From Aliivibrio fischeri ES114 (lineage in GTDB: Bacteria > Pseudomonadota > Gammaproteobacteria > Enterobacterales > Vibrionaceae): DNA of 32,000 nt. A model generated the notes under the pieces. The model was not told where the DNA came from, did not search any database, and saw only the letters and a list, made by a program, of their open reading frames with translations. The first letter of the stretch is position 1. Each line of letters opens with the position of its first letter. The position numbers were made by a program, and so were the translations under genes. The stretch is from NCBI RefSeq assembly GCF_000011805.1, contig NC_006840.2; one strand, 5' to 3'. Shown here piece after piece: positions 1 to 12,627 of this stretch.

Positions 1-1889
<1,889 letters not shown>

Positions 1890-2167
1890 ATACAACCCCA
1901 AGAGGTTTCGTATGGACCATTTGCTTTCACTTTTTAAAAGTGAAGACAAAACAGCAACCAAGGTTGAACTCGTCATTGCGAGTTCTGGTTTTTCGCCGGA
2001 TTCAAAATACAAGAACACTTGAATGTGTTGTTCTTCGTTTTACAGAGTAAAACAAAGGATATTAAGAACTTTTAAATTTTGATTTAACTTAATTACAGCC
2101 TTGAGCTGTTTTGTTTTACTTTTTTAAAAGTAAAAACAAATTAAGCTAAATCAGTCAGCTTTCCAAA

Positions 2168-2179
2168 TTGTTAAAGAGC
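2168..2179 (-). promoter_or_regulatory. boxA antitermination element in the 16S-23S spacer
   Basis: The reverse complement is GCTCTTTAACAA, matching the rrn boxA consensus (TGCTCTTTAACAA). It lies between the spacer tRNA and 23S, as in E. coli rrn operons. Confidence 0.8.
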
Positions 2180-2237
2180 GATTTCACGCTTATGCGTGTA
2201 ACCATTTTTAAAGACTCTCAAGGAGAATACTTAAAGA

Positions 2238-2313
2238 TGGTATCCCGTAGGGGAGTCGAACCCCTGTTACCGCCGTGAAAGGGCGGTGTCCTAGGCCTCT
2301 AGACGAACGGGAC
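2238..2313 (-). tRNA. tRNA-Glu (anticodon UUC) in the 16S-23S intergenic spacer
   Basis: The reverse complement is GTCCCGTTCGTCTAGAGGCCTAGGACACCGCCCTTTCACGGCGGTAACAGGGGTTCGAATCCCCTACGGGATACCA. This is 76 nt with an encoded CCA, an acceptor stem GTCCCGT/ACGGGAT and an anticodon loop CTTTCAC. It is near-identical to E. coli tRNA-Glu. Confidence 0.97.
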
Positions 2314-2380
2314 ACTAAGATACTCTAAATTCAAAACCTAATTAATCTGTGTGAACACTCATAAACCGTAATCTATCGTT

Positions 2381-3933
<1,553 letters not shown>

Positions 3934-4101
3934 AAGTTTTTTTTGAACTCTTTCAGCAGAAAGAAGTTCGACTCAATGATTAATACTGATTGTTACATAA
4001 AAGTAATTTTGTGTAGTCACTCAGTTCATTGATTAGTTATTTGCTTTCGCAAATAGTGATTATCAATTCACAAGTGCCCACACAGATTAATAGGTTTCTA
4101 A

Positions 4102-4113
4102 TTTTTAAAGAGC
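4102..4113 (-). promoter_or_regulatory. boxA-like antitermination element in the rrn leader
   Basis: The reverse complement is GCTCTTTAAAAA, matching 9 of the 12 boxA positions (GCTCTTTAACAA). It is ~55 nt downstream of the proposed promoter and ~170 nt upstream of mature 16S. Confidence 0.55.
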
Positions 4114-4168
4114 TTACTAACAAAGCAGACTGTGATGCGAATCACTCTCTCTGTGTCAGTGGATGCGC

Positions 4169-4222
4169 AGTATAGGCGTATCAGATTTTGATGCAAGCAT
4201 TTTTATTAAAAAAACAATCAAC
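4169..4222 (-). promoter_or_regulatory. rRNA operon promoter with A/T-rich UP element
   Basis: The minus strand reads TTTTTTTAATAAAAATGC-TTGCAT-caaaatctgatacgcc-TATACT-GCGCATCC. The -35 TTGCAT is at 4191-4196, the spacer is 16 bp, and the -10 TATACT is at 4169-4174. A GC-rich discriminator (GCGC) follows, typical of stringently controlled rrn promoters. The UP-like A/T block is at 4199-4222. Confidence 0.6.
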
Positions 4223-4321
4223 CGAACAATAAATAAACACAATGTTCAAAATACAAACAAAACCACTTATTTATTTCAGAATAAACATCAAATTCCATAT
4301 CTCCTAAGTACTATATACCTA

Positions 4322-4330
4322 TGTTACAAT
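4322..4330 (+). promoter_or_regulatory. Candidate extended -10 promoter for mtnN
   Basis: TGTTACAAT fits TGnTAtAAT and lies 35 nt upstream of the mtnN ATG. No good -35 is present. It is divergent from the rrn promoter. Confidence 0.35.
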
Positions 4331-4364
4331 CATCCACTACTCTAACTTTTATTGAGATATAAAC

Positions 4365-5060
4365 ATGAAAATTGGCATTATTGGCGCTATGGAACAAGAA
4401 GTTGCCATCCTTAAAGACAAAATTGAAGGTCTATCAACAGTAACTAAAGCTGGTTGTACTTTTTATACTGGTACATTAAATGGCGCTGACGTTGTTTTAT
4501 TACAGTCAGGGATTGGTAAAGTTGCAGCAGCAGTTGGAACAACTCTTCTTATTGCTGAGCATAATGTTGATGTCGTTCTTAATACAGGTTCTGCGGGTGG
4601 CTTTGATTCATCATTAAATCTTGGTGACGTGGTCATCTCAACAGAAGTTCGCCACCACGATGCTGACGTAACTGCTTTTGGTTACGAAATGGGACAAATG
4701 GCTCAACAGCCAGCTGCATTTATTGCTGACGAAAAGCTAATCACAACTGCTGAGCAAGCATTAACTGAAATGAGTGATAAGCACGCTGTTCGCGGATTAA
4801 TTTGTACTGGTGATGTTTTTGTTTGTACTCCTGAGCGCCAAGAGTTTATCCGTACTCACTTCCCTTCAGTAATTGCTGTAGAAATGGAAGCCTCAGCGAT
4901 TGCTCAAACATGTCACCAATTCAATACACCTTTTGTTGTCGTTCGAGCTATTTCAGACGTAGCAGATAAAGAGTCACCAATGAGCTTTGATGAATTCCTT
5001 CCTCTTGCAGCACAAAGCTCATCAGAAATGGTATTAAACATGGTTACTTTATTAAAGTAA
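4365..5060 (+). CDS. mtnN: 5'-methylthioadenosine/S-adenosylhomocysteine nucleosidase
   Basis: 231 aa. The N-terminus [13 protein letters not shown], together with the SAGG and EMEASAIAQ motifs, is typical of Pfs/MtnN (PNP_UDP_1 fold). The length is the same as E. coli MtnN (232 aa). Confidence 0.95.
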
Positions 5061-5068
5061 TCTTATTT

Positions 5069-5100
5069 AATTGAGTCAGTTTCTCTGACTCAATTTTATC
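5069..5100 (+). terminator. Rho-independent terminator after mtnN
   Basis: Stem AATTGAGTCAG / CTGACTCAATT (11 bp), loop TTTCT, followed by the T-rich tail TTATCTTCTTTT. Confidence 0.7.
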
Positions 5101-5126
5101 TTCTTTTATATATAAAGAATCACCTC

Positions 5127-6080
5127 ATGCTAGATAAATTAACTCTCTTTATTTCTGATTACTCTTTACTGGTATTATGGGGGGCTTTAATTTTTCACCT
5201 CATCATTCCTATTTCCCCCCAGTTTCATCCAATGTCTTTTTGGCACAAATTTGCTTTAATCCTAGCTGAAAAGGTAAATACATCTCGTCCTTATCAACAA
5301 CGTTTATTATCAGGTTCCCTTGCATGGGCATTAATGATTATTCCTGTAATCATTGTATATATTGCAGCAGTGCCTCTTATTTGGAACATCCCTCTTTTTA
5401 ATCTTGGGTTACTATTGTTATCGCTAGAATGGCGTGGTGTCGAAAAACTGTGTAAAGATACGATTCATGCCATAAATAAAGAAGATAAAAGCAGAGCAAA
5501 AGAAACTCTCAAGCATTGGGTAAATAGAGACGTAGAACCATTATCATTACTAGGTTTAGGTAAAGCATCTAGTGAAACAATCATTTTGGCTTATGCGAGA
5601 ACCGTTATTGGGGTCTTATTTTGGTATGGTATTGCTGGTGGAATTGGAGCTTTTGTTTATCGATTATCATTAGAGTTAGCAAGAGCGTGGTCTCCATCTA
5701 GAGATTCATTTCGACCTTTTGGCATCCCTGCTCTACGTATTCAATATATTTTAGATTTTCTCCCACTTAAGCTTTTCACCCTCCTTTGTTTTATAGGCAA
5801 AAACATCCGTCATTCTTTTCAACAGTTACAATTACAAAAAAAGAACTGGGCCAATAAAAATAATGCAGGGCTACTTATTATTATTGGAAAAAAGTTTGAG
5901 CTTTCTTTAGGTGGACCTGTTATTTATCAAGGAAAGAAAATCAACCGAGCAAAACTAGGTGGAAAAATAGCCCCATCAGCGATTCATTTAGCACAAATTC
6001 ACCGTTTTTTAAGCTGGAGAATAGCGATTTGGCTCATTCTTCAAAGCTCAATAATGGTCATATTAAAACAAGGTTTATAA
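5127..6080 (+). CDS. CobD/CbiB family membrane protein (adenosylcobinamide-phosphate synthase-like)
   Basis: 317 aa and polytopic. The segment ETIILAYARTVIGVLFWYGIAGGIGAFVYRL resembles the conserved CobD/CbiB core (...AEN..DGV.APLFW....G..GA..YR). The N-terminal TM helix is followed by an HP motif. The protein is divergent, so the function call is family-level only. There is no Shine-Dalgarno sequence; CACCTC immediately precedes the ATG. Confidence 0.6.
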   Translation: MLDKLTLFISDYSLLVLWGALIFHLIIPISPQFHPMSFWHKFALILAEKVNTSRPYQQRLLSGSLAWALMIIPVIIVYIAAVPLIWNIPLFNLGLLLLSLEWRGVEKLCKDTIHAINKEDKSRAKETLKHWVNRDVEPLSLLGLGKASSETIILAYARTVIGVLFWYGIAGGIGAFVYRLSLELARAWSPSRDSFRPFGIPALRIQYILDFLPLKLFTLLCFIGKNIRHSFQQLQLQKKNWANKNNAGLLIIIGKKFELSLGGPVIYQGKKINRAKLGGKIAPSAIHLAQIHRFLSWRIAIWLILQSSIMVILKQGL

Positions 6081-6122
6081 CTTTCTTTCAACAACATCAT
6101 GCAGTAAGTCATAGAGGACAAG

Positions 6123-6734
6123 ATGTTAATCTATACAATTGATATGTTTGGTACTGCCATTTTCGCCATTTCAGGAGTGTTACTGGCTGGTCGATTAAAA
6201 ATGGACCCATTTGGCGTCACCGTTTTAGCAAGTGTTACCGCAATAGGTGGCGGTACGATAAGGGATATGGCTTTAGGTGCAACTCCCGTTTTCTGGATTA
6301 ACGACACCAATTATTTATTGGTCATTTTCATTACCTGCATTTTAACTATGTTAATCATCAGAAGACCTAGACGCCTACCTTGGTATGTACTTCCCGTTTC
6401 CGATGCTATTGGATTAGCTGTCTTTGTTGGGATTGGTGTAGAAAAAGCACTTAATTACAATGCAGATCCAATGGTCGCCGTTATTATGGGGGTAATTACA
6501 GGTTGCGGCGGCGGCATTATTCGAGATGTACTAGCCAGAGAAGTCCCTATGGTATTAAGAAGTGAAGTGTATGCTACTGCGTGCATTCTTGGTGGCATCG
6601 TTCATACTTCTGCTCTAGAGTTCAATGTTCAAAGCTCTACAGCAATGTTACTGGGTGTAACTGCTACGCTAATTATTCGATTAGCTGCAATCCGTTGGCA
6701 CTTATCGTTACCGACCTTCGCTCTTAATAAATAA
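6123..6734 (+). CDS. yadS: Trimeric intracellular cation channel family protein (UPF0126, YadS-like)
   Basis: 203 aa with two internal repeats, each carrying the G-G-G-x-(I/T)-R-D motif (AIGGGTIRD and GCGGGIIRD). This is diagnostic of the UPF0126/TRIC family. A GAGG RBS lies upstream. Confidence 0.85.
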   Translation: MLIYTIDMFGTAIFAISGVLLAGRLKMDPFGVTVLASVTAIGGGTIRDMALGATPVFWINDTNYLLVIFITCILTMLIIRRPRRLPWYVLPVSDAIGLAVFVGIGVEKALNYNADPMVAVIMGVITGCGGGIIRDVLAREVPMVLRSEVYATACILGGIVHTSALEFNVQSSTAMLLGVTATLIIRLAAIRWHLSLPTFALNK

Positions 6735-6741
6735 TTTAAAT

Positions 6742-6765
6742 AGGCCATAGCTATATATATGGCCT
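6742..6765 (+). terminator. Hairpin after yadS (possible weak terminator)
   Basis: AGGCCATA...TATGGCCT stem around an alternating AT loop. The downstream tail CATATTTG is only weakly T-rich. Confidence 0.4.
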
Positions 6766-6770
6766 CATAT

Positions 6771-6799
6771 TTGACCTGTTTTTATTTATTTCTTTAAAT
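6771..6799 (+). promoter_or_regulatory. Candidate sigma70 promoter for the M23 peptidase gene
   Basis: TTGACC (6771-6776), a 17-bp spacer, then TTAAAT (6794-6799). This would give a ~115-nt leader. Confidence 0.35.
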
Positions 6800-6918
6800 T
6801 AATGAACTTTTTTTTATAAAAAGGTGACCAAACTACAAGTTCCTCACATAGTAGTTAACTTCAAAACACGATACACTTCTAGGTTGTTATTTTTATTCAC
6901 TCTTTACTAACTAATCGA

Positions 6919-8232
6919 ATGATATTATCTAAATTAACTCGCATTCCTGTAATCCATCGCATTCTGATTGGTCTTTGCAGCGCAGGAATTGTTGTAACTA
7001 TTGCAACAATCCCAGACACTGTCGCTCCCGATTCAGGCTTTTATAAATTAACGGTAGGCCAAACATACCCTATTGAAATAAGAAAAGAAGCTTTAATCTC
7101 TCATGAAAAAAACTCTTTAAATCAACAGCTTTCTTGGGAGACTCATACAGTCAAGTCAGGAGAGAGTGCCTCTGTTTTATTTAGTCGTATTGGTTTGGGA
7201 TACAGCCAACTTCTAAAACTTACCAGTAGTGATAAAGAGATTGAAAACCAACTCACTCGTTTACGTCCTGGTGACAAATTAAAATTTGGATTTAACCAAG
7301 GTCAAGAAATAGTCCAACTTATCCGCCCTATCAGCAAATTTGAAACCTATCGTATAAGTAAAGCTGGGGATGGCTATATCGGATTGTTTGAAAAACAAGA
7401 TATTGAAACTCAGCTTAACTACACCAAGGCAACCATTACTTCTAACTTTTGGAACGCTTCAATTGGAGCAGGATTAAACCCTAACCAAATCATGGAACTT
7501 GCTGGTATCTTTGGATGGGATATCGACTTTGCTCTAGATATTCGAGAAGGCGACAATTTTAAAGTCCTCTACGAAGAGAAATACGTTGAAGGTGAATATG
7601 CTGGAAAAGGTAATATTATCGCCGCTTCCTTTACTAACCGTGGAGATACTTTTACTGCAATTCGAAACGACAAAAACGGTAATTTTTACGAACCAAATGG
7701 CCGAGCAATGAAAAAGGCTTTTTTACGCTCGCCAATCAATTTCCGTTACGTAAGTTCTAATTTTAACCCTCGTCGTTTACACCCTGTTACTGGGCAAAGA
7801 AAAGCTCATAGAGGAACTGATTATGTTGCTCCTGTCGGCACTCCTATTTGGGCAGCTGGTGATGGCGTTGTTGATAAAGCGGGTTATAACCAATTTAATG
7901 GTAATTATGTATTTATTCGCCATAGTAATACCTACATAACGAAATACTTACACATGACTAAACGTTATGTTCGAGCTGGTCAAAGAGTAAAACAAGGGGA
8001 TACCATTGGTACTCTTGGTGGAACAGGACGAGTAACGGGACCACATCTTCATTATGAATTCCTAGTAAATGGCGTTCATAAAGACGCTCGAACAGTATCT
8101 TTACCACAATCAAAATCACTAACAGGTAAAGATAAAAAAGAGTTTGAAGTTGTGGCTAAAGAGCGCTTAAAGCAATTAGAACAATACGGTCAATTCATTG
8201 TTGGAAACCATCCAGTAATTAACCATGAATAA
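6919..8232 (+). CDS. mepM: M23 family murein DD-endopeptidase, MepM/YebA-like
   Basis: 437 aa. It has an N-terminal TM helix (ILIGLCSAGIVVTIATI) and an OapA/LysM-like segment (HTVKSGESASVLFSRIGL). The C-terminal LytM domain carries the zinc ligands HRGTDY...GPHLHYE. Architecture and length match E. coli MepM (440 aa). Confidence 0.85.
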   Translation: MILSKLTRIPVIHRILIGLCSAGIVVTIATIPDTVAPDSGFYKLTVGQTYPIEIRKEALISHEKNSLNQQLSWETHTVKSGESASVLFSRIGLGYSQLLKLTSSDKEIENQLTRLRPGDKLKFGFNQGQEIVQLIRPISKFETYRISKAGDGYIGLFEKQDIETQLNYTKATITSNFWNASIGAGLNPNQIMELAGIFGWDIDFALDIREGDNFKVLYEEKYVEGEYAGKGNIIAASFTNRGDTFTAIRNDKNGNFYEPNGRAMKKAFLRSPINFRYVSSNFNPRRLHPVTGQRKAHRGTDYVAPVGTPIWAAGDGVVDKAGYNQFNGNYVFIRHSNTYITKYLHMTKRYVRAGQRVKQGDTIGTLGGTGRVTGPHLHYEFLVNGVHKDARTVSLPQSKSLTGKDKKEFEVVAKERLKQLEQYGQFIVGNHPVINHE

Positions 8233-8242
8233 CTAAAATTAA

Positions 8243-8275
8243 AGCCCTAATTAAAGATAATTAGGGCTTTTTTTT
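8243..8275. terminator. Bidirectional rho-independent terminator shared by the convergent M23 and RND genes
   Basis: Stem AGCCCTAATT / AATTAGGGCT (10 bp), loop AAAGAT. An A-run lies on the left and a T-run (TTTTTTT) on the right. The T-run abuts the RND stop codon at 8274-8276. Confidence 0.8.
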
Positions 8276-11200
8276 AATCAAGTAATTCTCTTACTTTTTT
8301 ATCTCTTCCAAGCATTAATAAACAAGGAGTCAGTACTAGAGTTAAAACAGTTGCAAAGGCCAAGCCTCCTGCAACCGCAGTTGCTAATTGCGACCACCAC
8401 TGAGTACTTGGTGCACCAAATTCTACTTTTTGATTAACTAAATCAATATTCATTTCTAACACCATTGGCATTAACCCCAAAATGGTCGTTACTGTAGTTA
8501 ACATCACAGGTCGTAAACGTTGAACGCCAGTTCGCAAAATAGCATCTACTTTTTCAATGCCTTCTTTGCGTAAGGTGTTATAGGTATCAATAAGTACAAT
8601 ATTATTATTAACAACGATCCCTGCTAACGAAATTACCCCAATGCCTGACATAATAATTCCAAACGGGCGCTGGAAAATAAGTAACCCAGCAAACACGCCA
8701 ACGGTTGAAAAAAGGACCGCACTTAAAATTAAGAATGCCTGATAAAAACTATTAAATTGAGTAACTAAAATAATTGCCATAACAGCAAGCGCAACAAGAA
8801 AAGCATTCTGCAAAAATGCGGCCGAGTTATTTTGCTCTTCATTTTGTCCTCTTAATTTAAATTCAACGCCCTTAGGTAAACCTAGATTCTTTAGCGCCAT
8901 TTCAATTTTAGGTAACTCGATACTTAGGTTATACCCTTCACTCATATCTGCTTTTACCGACAAAATTCGGTGTCCGTCTATTCGGTGAATCGTATCTTGT
9001 TTATGTGTAGGAATAATGCGCGCAAAATTAGTAATTGGAACAAGCCCATTACTCGTCTTTACTCTAAGCTCATCAAATCGGCCAATATCTCGATGCTCTT
9101 CAGGAAAACGTACAAGAATATCGACCTGTTCATCATTATCATCAGGTAGGTAGTCACCAATTTTTAAACCATTAGTGACAAACTGAACGGTATTACCAAC
9201 TAATGTTGCATCTGCACCAAACCTTGCAGCATCATCTCGTCGAATATCAATTTTCCAATCAATACCCTGCTTATTAGAAGTATCACTAACATTAGTAAAT
9301 GCTGCATTTGAATCAACCCATTTACGAACTTGAGTGATGGATTGATTTAATAGTTCTCCATTTCTCGCACTGAGTTCTATTACTAAATCATGCTCGCTAG
9401 GAGGCCCTGCATTTGGTGTACTAAACTCCAATTCAACACCTGCAATATCTTTCGTTTTAACTCGGAGATCTTCAATTATCTCTTTTACTGGCCTTCTGTT
9501 TTGCCAATCAATTGGAGTAATTTGGATACGTCCTATTTCATCGTCACCACCCGTTCGAGTATAAATACTGTCTAACTCTTCCATTCCTAATATTTGGTTT
9601 TGAACCTGAACCATAATTTTATCTTTCTCATCAATAGAAAGATCACCATGAGAACGAACTTTTACGGTTAAAAATGGAGGATCAACATCAGGAAAGAAAA
9701 CAACACCAAGTCCCGCTTTGGCGTAACTAAACCCAATACCAACAGCAAGCGTTATTGCTAATAATAAAACCTTAAAGGGGTGCTTTAATGAAAATGAAAG
9801 CGTTTGATAATACAGCTTAGTGACTCCTTCAGCTTGGGAATAATCACCTCTACTTAGTGCCTGTAATTTCACTCTCTTTTTAGGGAGGACTTGCTGCGGT
9901 TTACCAAATAAACTCCCTAGAACGGGAACAAATAGTAGAGCCATAACTAAAGATGCACTTAACGTCGCAATCAAAGTTAATGGCAGATACTTCATAAATT
10001 CCCCAGTAATATCAGGCCAGAATAATAGTGGTGCAAATGCCGCTAATGTTGTCGCTGTTGATGCAATAATTGGCCATGCCATTCGTTGTGCAGCTTCTCT
10101 ATAAGCTTCTACACGATGAGCTCCCTCTTGCATTCGACGATCAGCATATTCAGTTACAACAATAGCGCCATCAACTAACATACCTACCGCCATAATTAAT
10201 GAAAATAGAACGACGATATTGATGGTAAGTCCAGAAACAGCAAGTAAAAGTAGACCGGTAAGAAAAGATCCTGGAATTGATATTCCAACTAAAAGTGCGG
10301 TTCTTGCTCCTAAAATTGCAATAATAACGATAACAACCAATAAAATAGCTGAAAGAATATTATTCTGAAGATCATTAAGCATATTCTTTACATCTTTAGA
10401 CTCATCCCATGTGTATTTTACTAATAAATTATTTGGCCAATCATCAAGTTCCTGAGCTCCAGATAACACTGCTTTTACAATCTCAACCGTTTCTATGATG
10501 TTTTCACCGGAACGTTTTTTGATATCAAGAACAATTGCTTTTTCACCATTTAATCGAGCATAACTATTAGGATCCCTAAATGCTTTACGAACCGTGGCAA
10601 TATCACCAAAAGTGACCACTTGTTTCCCATCAACTTTTATTGGTAGCTCTAGTACATCTTTTAAAGATTCAAAAACAGAAGGGACTTTTACTGAAAACCG
10701 ACCATAACCAGTATCAACAAAACCTGCTGCAACAACACGATTATTTAATGCGATTAAGTTATAGATGGCAGCCTGATCTAAACCGTAACTCTCAAGCAAA
10801 AGAGGATCGACAATAATTTCAACAACATCTTCTCGGTCTCCAGCAATATCAACTTCTAATATCTGCTTGTAACTTTCGAGCTTATCTTGCAGCTTTCTTG
10901 CGATTTGAACGGCAGTTCGTTCAGGAACCGTACCATATAAAACCACGGATAATACGGCTTGTTCAGCCGCTAACGTAACCTCATGGACAGTTGGTTCATC
11001 ACTTTCTTCAGGAAGGTTTGGTTTAACCAGATCAACCGCCTCTCTCACATCCGTTAACGCTTTATCTAGATCGACACCCACACTGAACTCTAATGTCACC
11101 GAACCATGCCCTTCTCCCGCAACCGCCGTCATTTCCTTTATCCCTTCAATAGAACGCAGCTCTTGCTCCATTGGGCGTACTAATAAACGCTCAGAATCTT

Positions 11201-11372
11201 CAGGCGAGATACCCTGATGACTCATTGATACGTAAATAATCGGGATCGTAATATCAGGGTTGGACTCTTTTGGTATGACTAAGTATGTAGAAATCCCCGC
11301 TATGAGTAATAGGGCCAATAACATCAACATCGTACGAGAGCGACTCAATGCCGCATTAATAATAGCTAGCAT
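8274..11372 (-). CDS. RND efflux transporter permease (AcrB/AcrD/AcrF family, HAE1-type)
   Basis: 1032 aa with a 12-TM pattern and two large periplasmic loops. The conserved TM4 region is SLIMAVGMLVDGAIVVTE (the AcrB D407/D408-like motif). By position next to erpA-hemL it may correspond to V. cholerae vexF; that link is from my memory of gene order and is not verified. Confidence 0.92.
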   Translation of the reverse strand: MLAIINAALSRSRTMLMLLALLLIAGISTYLVIPKESNPDITIPIIYVSMSHQGISPEDSERLLVRPMEQELRSIEGIKEMTAVAGEGHGSVTLEFSVGVDLDKALTDVREAVDLVKPNLPEESDEPTVHEVTLAAEQAVLSVVLYGTVPERTAVQIARKLQDKLESYKQILEVDIAGDREDVVEIIVDPLLLESYGLDQAAIYNLIALNNRVVAAGFVDTGYGRFSVKVPSVFESLKDVLELPIKVDGKQVVTFGDIATVRKAFRDPNSYARLNGEKAIVLDIKKRSGENIIETVEIVKAVLSGAQELDDWPNNLLVKYTWDESKDVKNMLNDLQNNILSAILLVVIVIIAILGARTALLVGISIPGSFLTGLLLLAVSGLTINIVVLFSLIMAVGMLVDGAIVVTEYADRRMQEGAHRVEAYREAAQRMAWPIIASTATTLAAFAPLLFWPDITGEFMKYLPLTLIATLSASLVMALLFVPVLGSLFGKPQQVLPKKRVKLQALSRGDYSQAEGVTKLYYQTLSFSLKHPFKVLLLAITLAVGIGFSYAKAGLGVVFFPDVDPPFLTVKVRSHGDLSIDEKDKIMVQVQNQILGMEELDSIYTRTGGDDEIGRIQITPIDWQNRRPVKEIIEDLRVKTKDIAGVELEFSTPNAGPPSEHDLVIELSARNGELLNQSITQVRKWVDSNAAFTNVSDTSNKQGIDWKIDIRRDDAARFGADATLVGNTVQFVTNGLKIGDYLPDDNDEQVDILVRFPEEHRDIGRFDELRVKTSNGLVPITNFARIIPTHKQDTIHRIDGHRILSVKADMSEGYNLSIELPKIEMALKNLGLPKGVEFKLRGQNEEQNNSAAFLQNAFLVALAVMAIILVTQFNSFYQAFLILSAVLFSTVGVFAGLLIFQRPFGIIMSGIGVISLAGIVVNNNIVLIDTYNTLRKEGIEKVDAILRTGVQRLRPVMLTTVTTILGLMPMVLEMNIDLVNQKVEFGAPSTQWWSQLATAVAGGLAFATVLTLVLTPCLLMLGRDKKVRELLD

Positions 11373-11381
11373 ATAATGTCC

Positions 11382-12494
11382 CTATTTACGTTGAACATGA
11401 ATAAAATCACCATCACGAACAAATCCTTGCCCAACAGTAATAATATCCACTTCATTTCCAAGTCCAGTTAACCAAACACCATCATCTTCGGCCTTAACTA
11501 GCTGAATAGGGACAAACTTAACTTTATAATTTGTCTCGCTATGCCCCTCAGCTTCTATCGCCGTTTTTACTCCTAAATCGCCACTTTCATTTAACGCCAA
11601 CATAGCTGGAGTGACTTTAATTGCAGATTGAAGAGCTAAATTAATTTCCACTTCAGAGCTGATGCCTGCGGGGATCTTCCCTCCTATATTGAGGATCTCT
11701 ATTTCGACTGAAAACGTATTGGTTGATAATGATGAGATTTTCGAAATATAACGAACATACCCTTCAATTGAGACGTCATTAATAAAGCTCACTTCTGCTT
11801 TTTGTTGCTTTGTAATTTGACTGATGTGCCTTTCACTAACATTGACATCAATAACAAGTGGATCAAGAACAACGACTTTAGCAACAGGATCTCCACGACT
11901 AACAAAATCGCCAACCTCAATAAATAAGTGTTCTACAATTCCATCAAATGGTGCGGTGATTGTGGTATTTTCTAATATTAGTTCAGCATTACGAACTCTT
12001 GCTTTTGCTTCAGCAAGTGAAGCTTGTGATTGACTAAATGCAACTTCCCCTTGTAACCCTTTACGTTTTAATTCTTTTGCTGCATTAAATTCTTTCATTC
12101 GAACTGAGTAGATGGCTTTAGCTTGGCTTAACTGCAAATCAAGATCGGCCATATCTAAACGAGCAATTGGTTGCCCTTTTGTGACTCTTGCTCCTTTTTT
12201 TACTAACAACTCTTCAATTTGAGCTGCAACTTGAGCACCTAATATCGCTTGTTTATCAGGGCTAGTTCGCCCATATAAAGAAATTGTTTTATGAGTCGGC
12301 GTTGATTCAAACTGCTCAATAACCACATTGGCTAATGGAATAGAAAAAGTAGATGTCTCTTTTATCCCTGATGACTCTTCCGCTTGTGAAGGTCCACTCA
12401 TAACCCATAAAAATAAGCTGAGGAATAAAAGAAAAGAGATAATCCAAGGTCTATGGATAAGGTAAGAAAGAAAAGCAGATGTATATTTGCCCAT
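11382..12494 (-). CDS. RND efflux periplasmic adaptor (membrane fusion protein, HlyD_D23 family)
   Basis: 370 aa with an N-terminal signal-anchor. It has a lipoyl/barrel-sandwich segment (VKKGARVTKGQPIARLD), a coiled-coil hairpin and a beta-barrel. Its stop is 9 nt upstream of the permease start, so the two genes form an operon. It is possibly the vexE equivalent. Confidence 0.88.
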   Translation of the reverse strand: MGKYTSAFLSYLIHRPWIISFLLFLSLFLWVMSGPSQAEESSGIKETSTFSIPLANVVIEQFESTPTHKTISLYGRTSPDKQAILGAQVAAQIEELLVKKGARVTKGQPIARLDMADLDLQLSQAKAIYSVRMKEFNAAKELKRKGLQGEVAFSQSQASLAEAKARVRNAELILENTTITAPFDGIVEHLFIEVGDFVSRGDPVAKVVVLDPLVIDVNVSERHISQITKQQKAEVSFINDVSIEGYVRYISKISSLSTNTFSVEIEILNIGGKIPAGISSEVEINLALQSAIKVTPAMLALNESGDLGVKTAIEAEGHSETNYKVKFVPIQLVKAEDDGVWLTGLGNEVDIITVGQGFVRDGDFIHVQRK

Positions 12495-12528
12495 AGCAAC
12501 AATCCTTAGCGCTTAGGAGATAGAAACT

Positions 12529-12555
12529 AACAGTAATACATCTGAACTTACTGTT
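12529..12555. promoter_or_regulatory. Inverted repeat in the RND operon promoter region (candidate operator)
   Basis: AACAGTAA-N11-TTACTGTT with perfect 8-bp arms, lying 35-61 bp upstream of the adaptor-gene ATG (12494). Confidence 0.3.
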
Positions 12556-12575
12556 ATTCAAAATTATGATTTTTT

Positions 12576-12613
12576 TATAATAAAAAAGGTAAGTAAACTC
12601 CTCTACTTACCTT
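12576..12613 (-). terminator. Rho-independent terminator after erpA
   Basis: The minus strand reads AAGGTAAGTA-gaggagtt-TACTTACCTT followed by TTTTATTAT. It starts 15 nt after the erpA stop. Confidence 0.75.
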
Positions 12614-12627
12614 TAAATACTCAGGGT

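Noticed and set aside
4163-4345. 60-aa ORF between 16S and mtnN.
   Set aside because: It overlaps the rrn promoter and UP element and is extremely AT-rich (an N/K/I-rich product) with no RBS. The region is better explained as divergent promoter DNA.
6919-12494. The M23 peptidase plus RND block as a horizontally acquired island or mobile element.
   Set aside because: There are no integrase, transposase, tRNA-adjacent att site, flanking direct repeats or visible GC or codon shift. The genes are bounded by ordinary terminators, so this looks like ancient core gene order.
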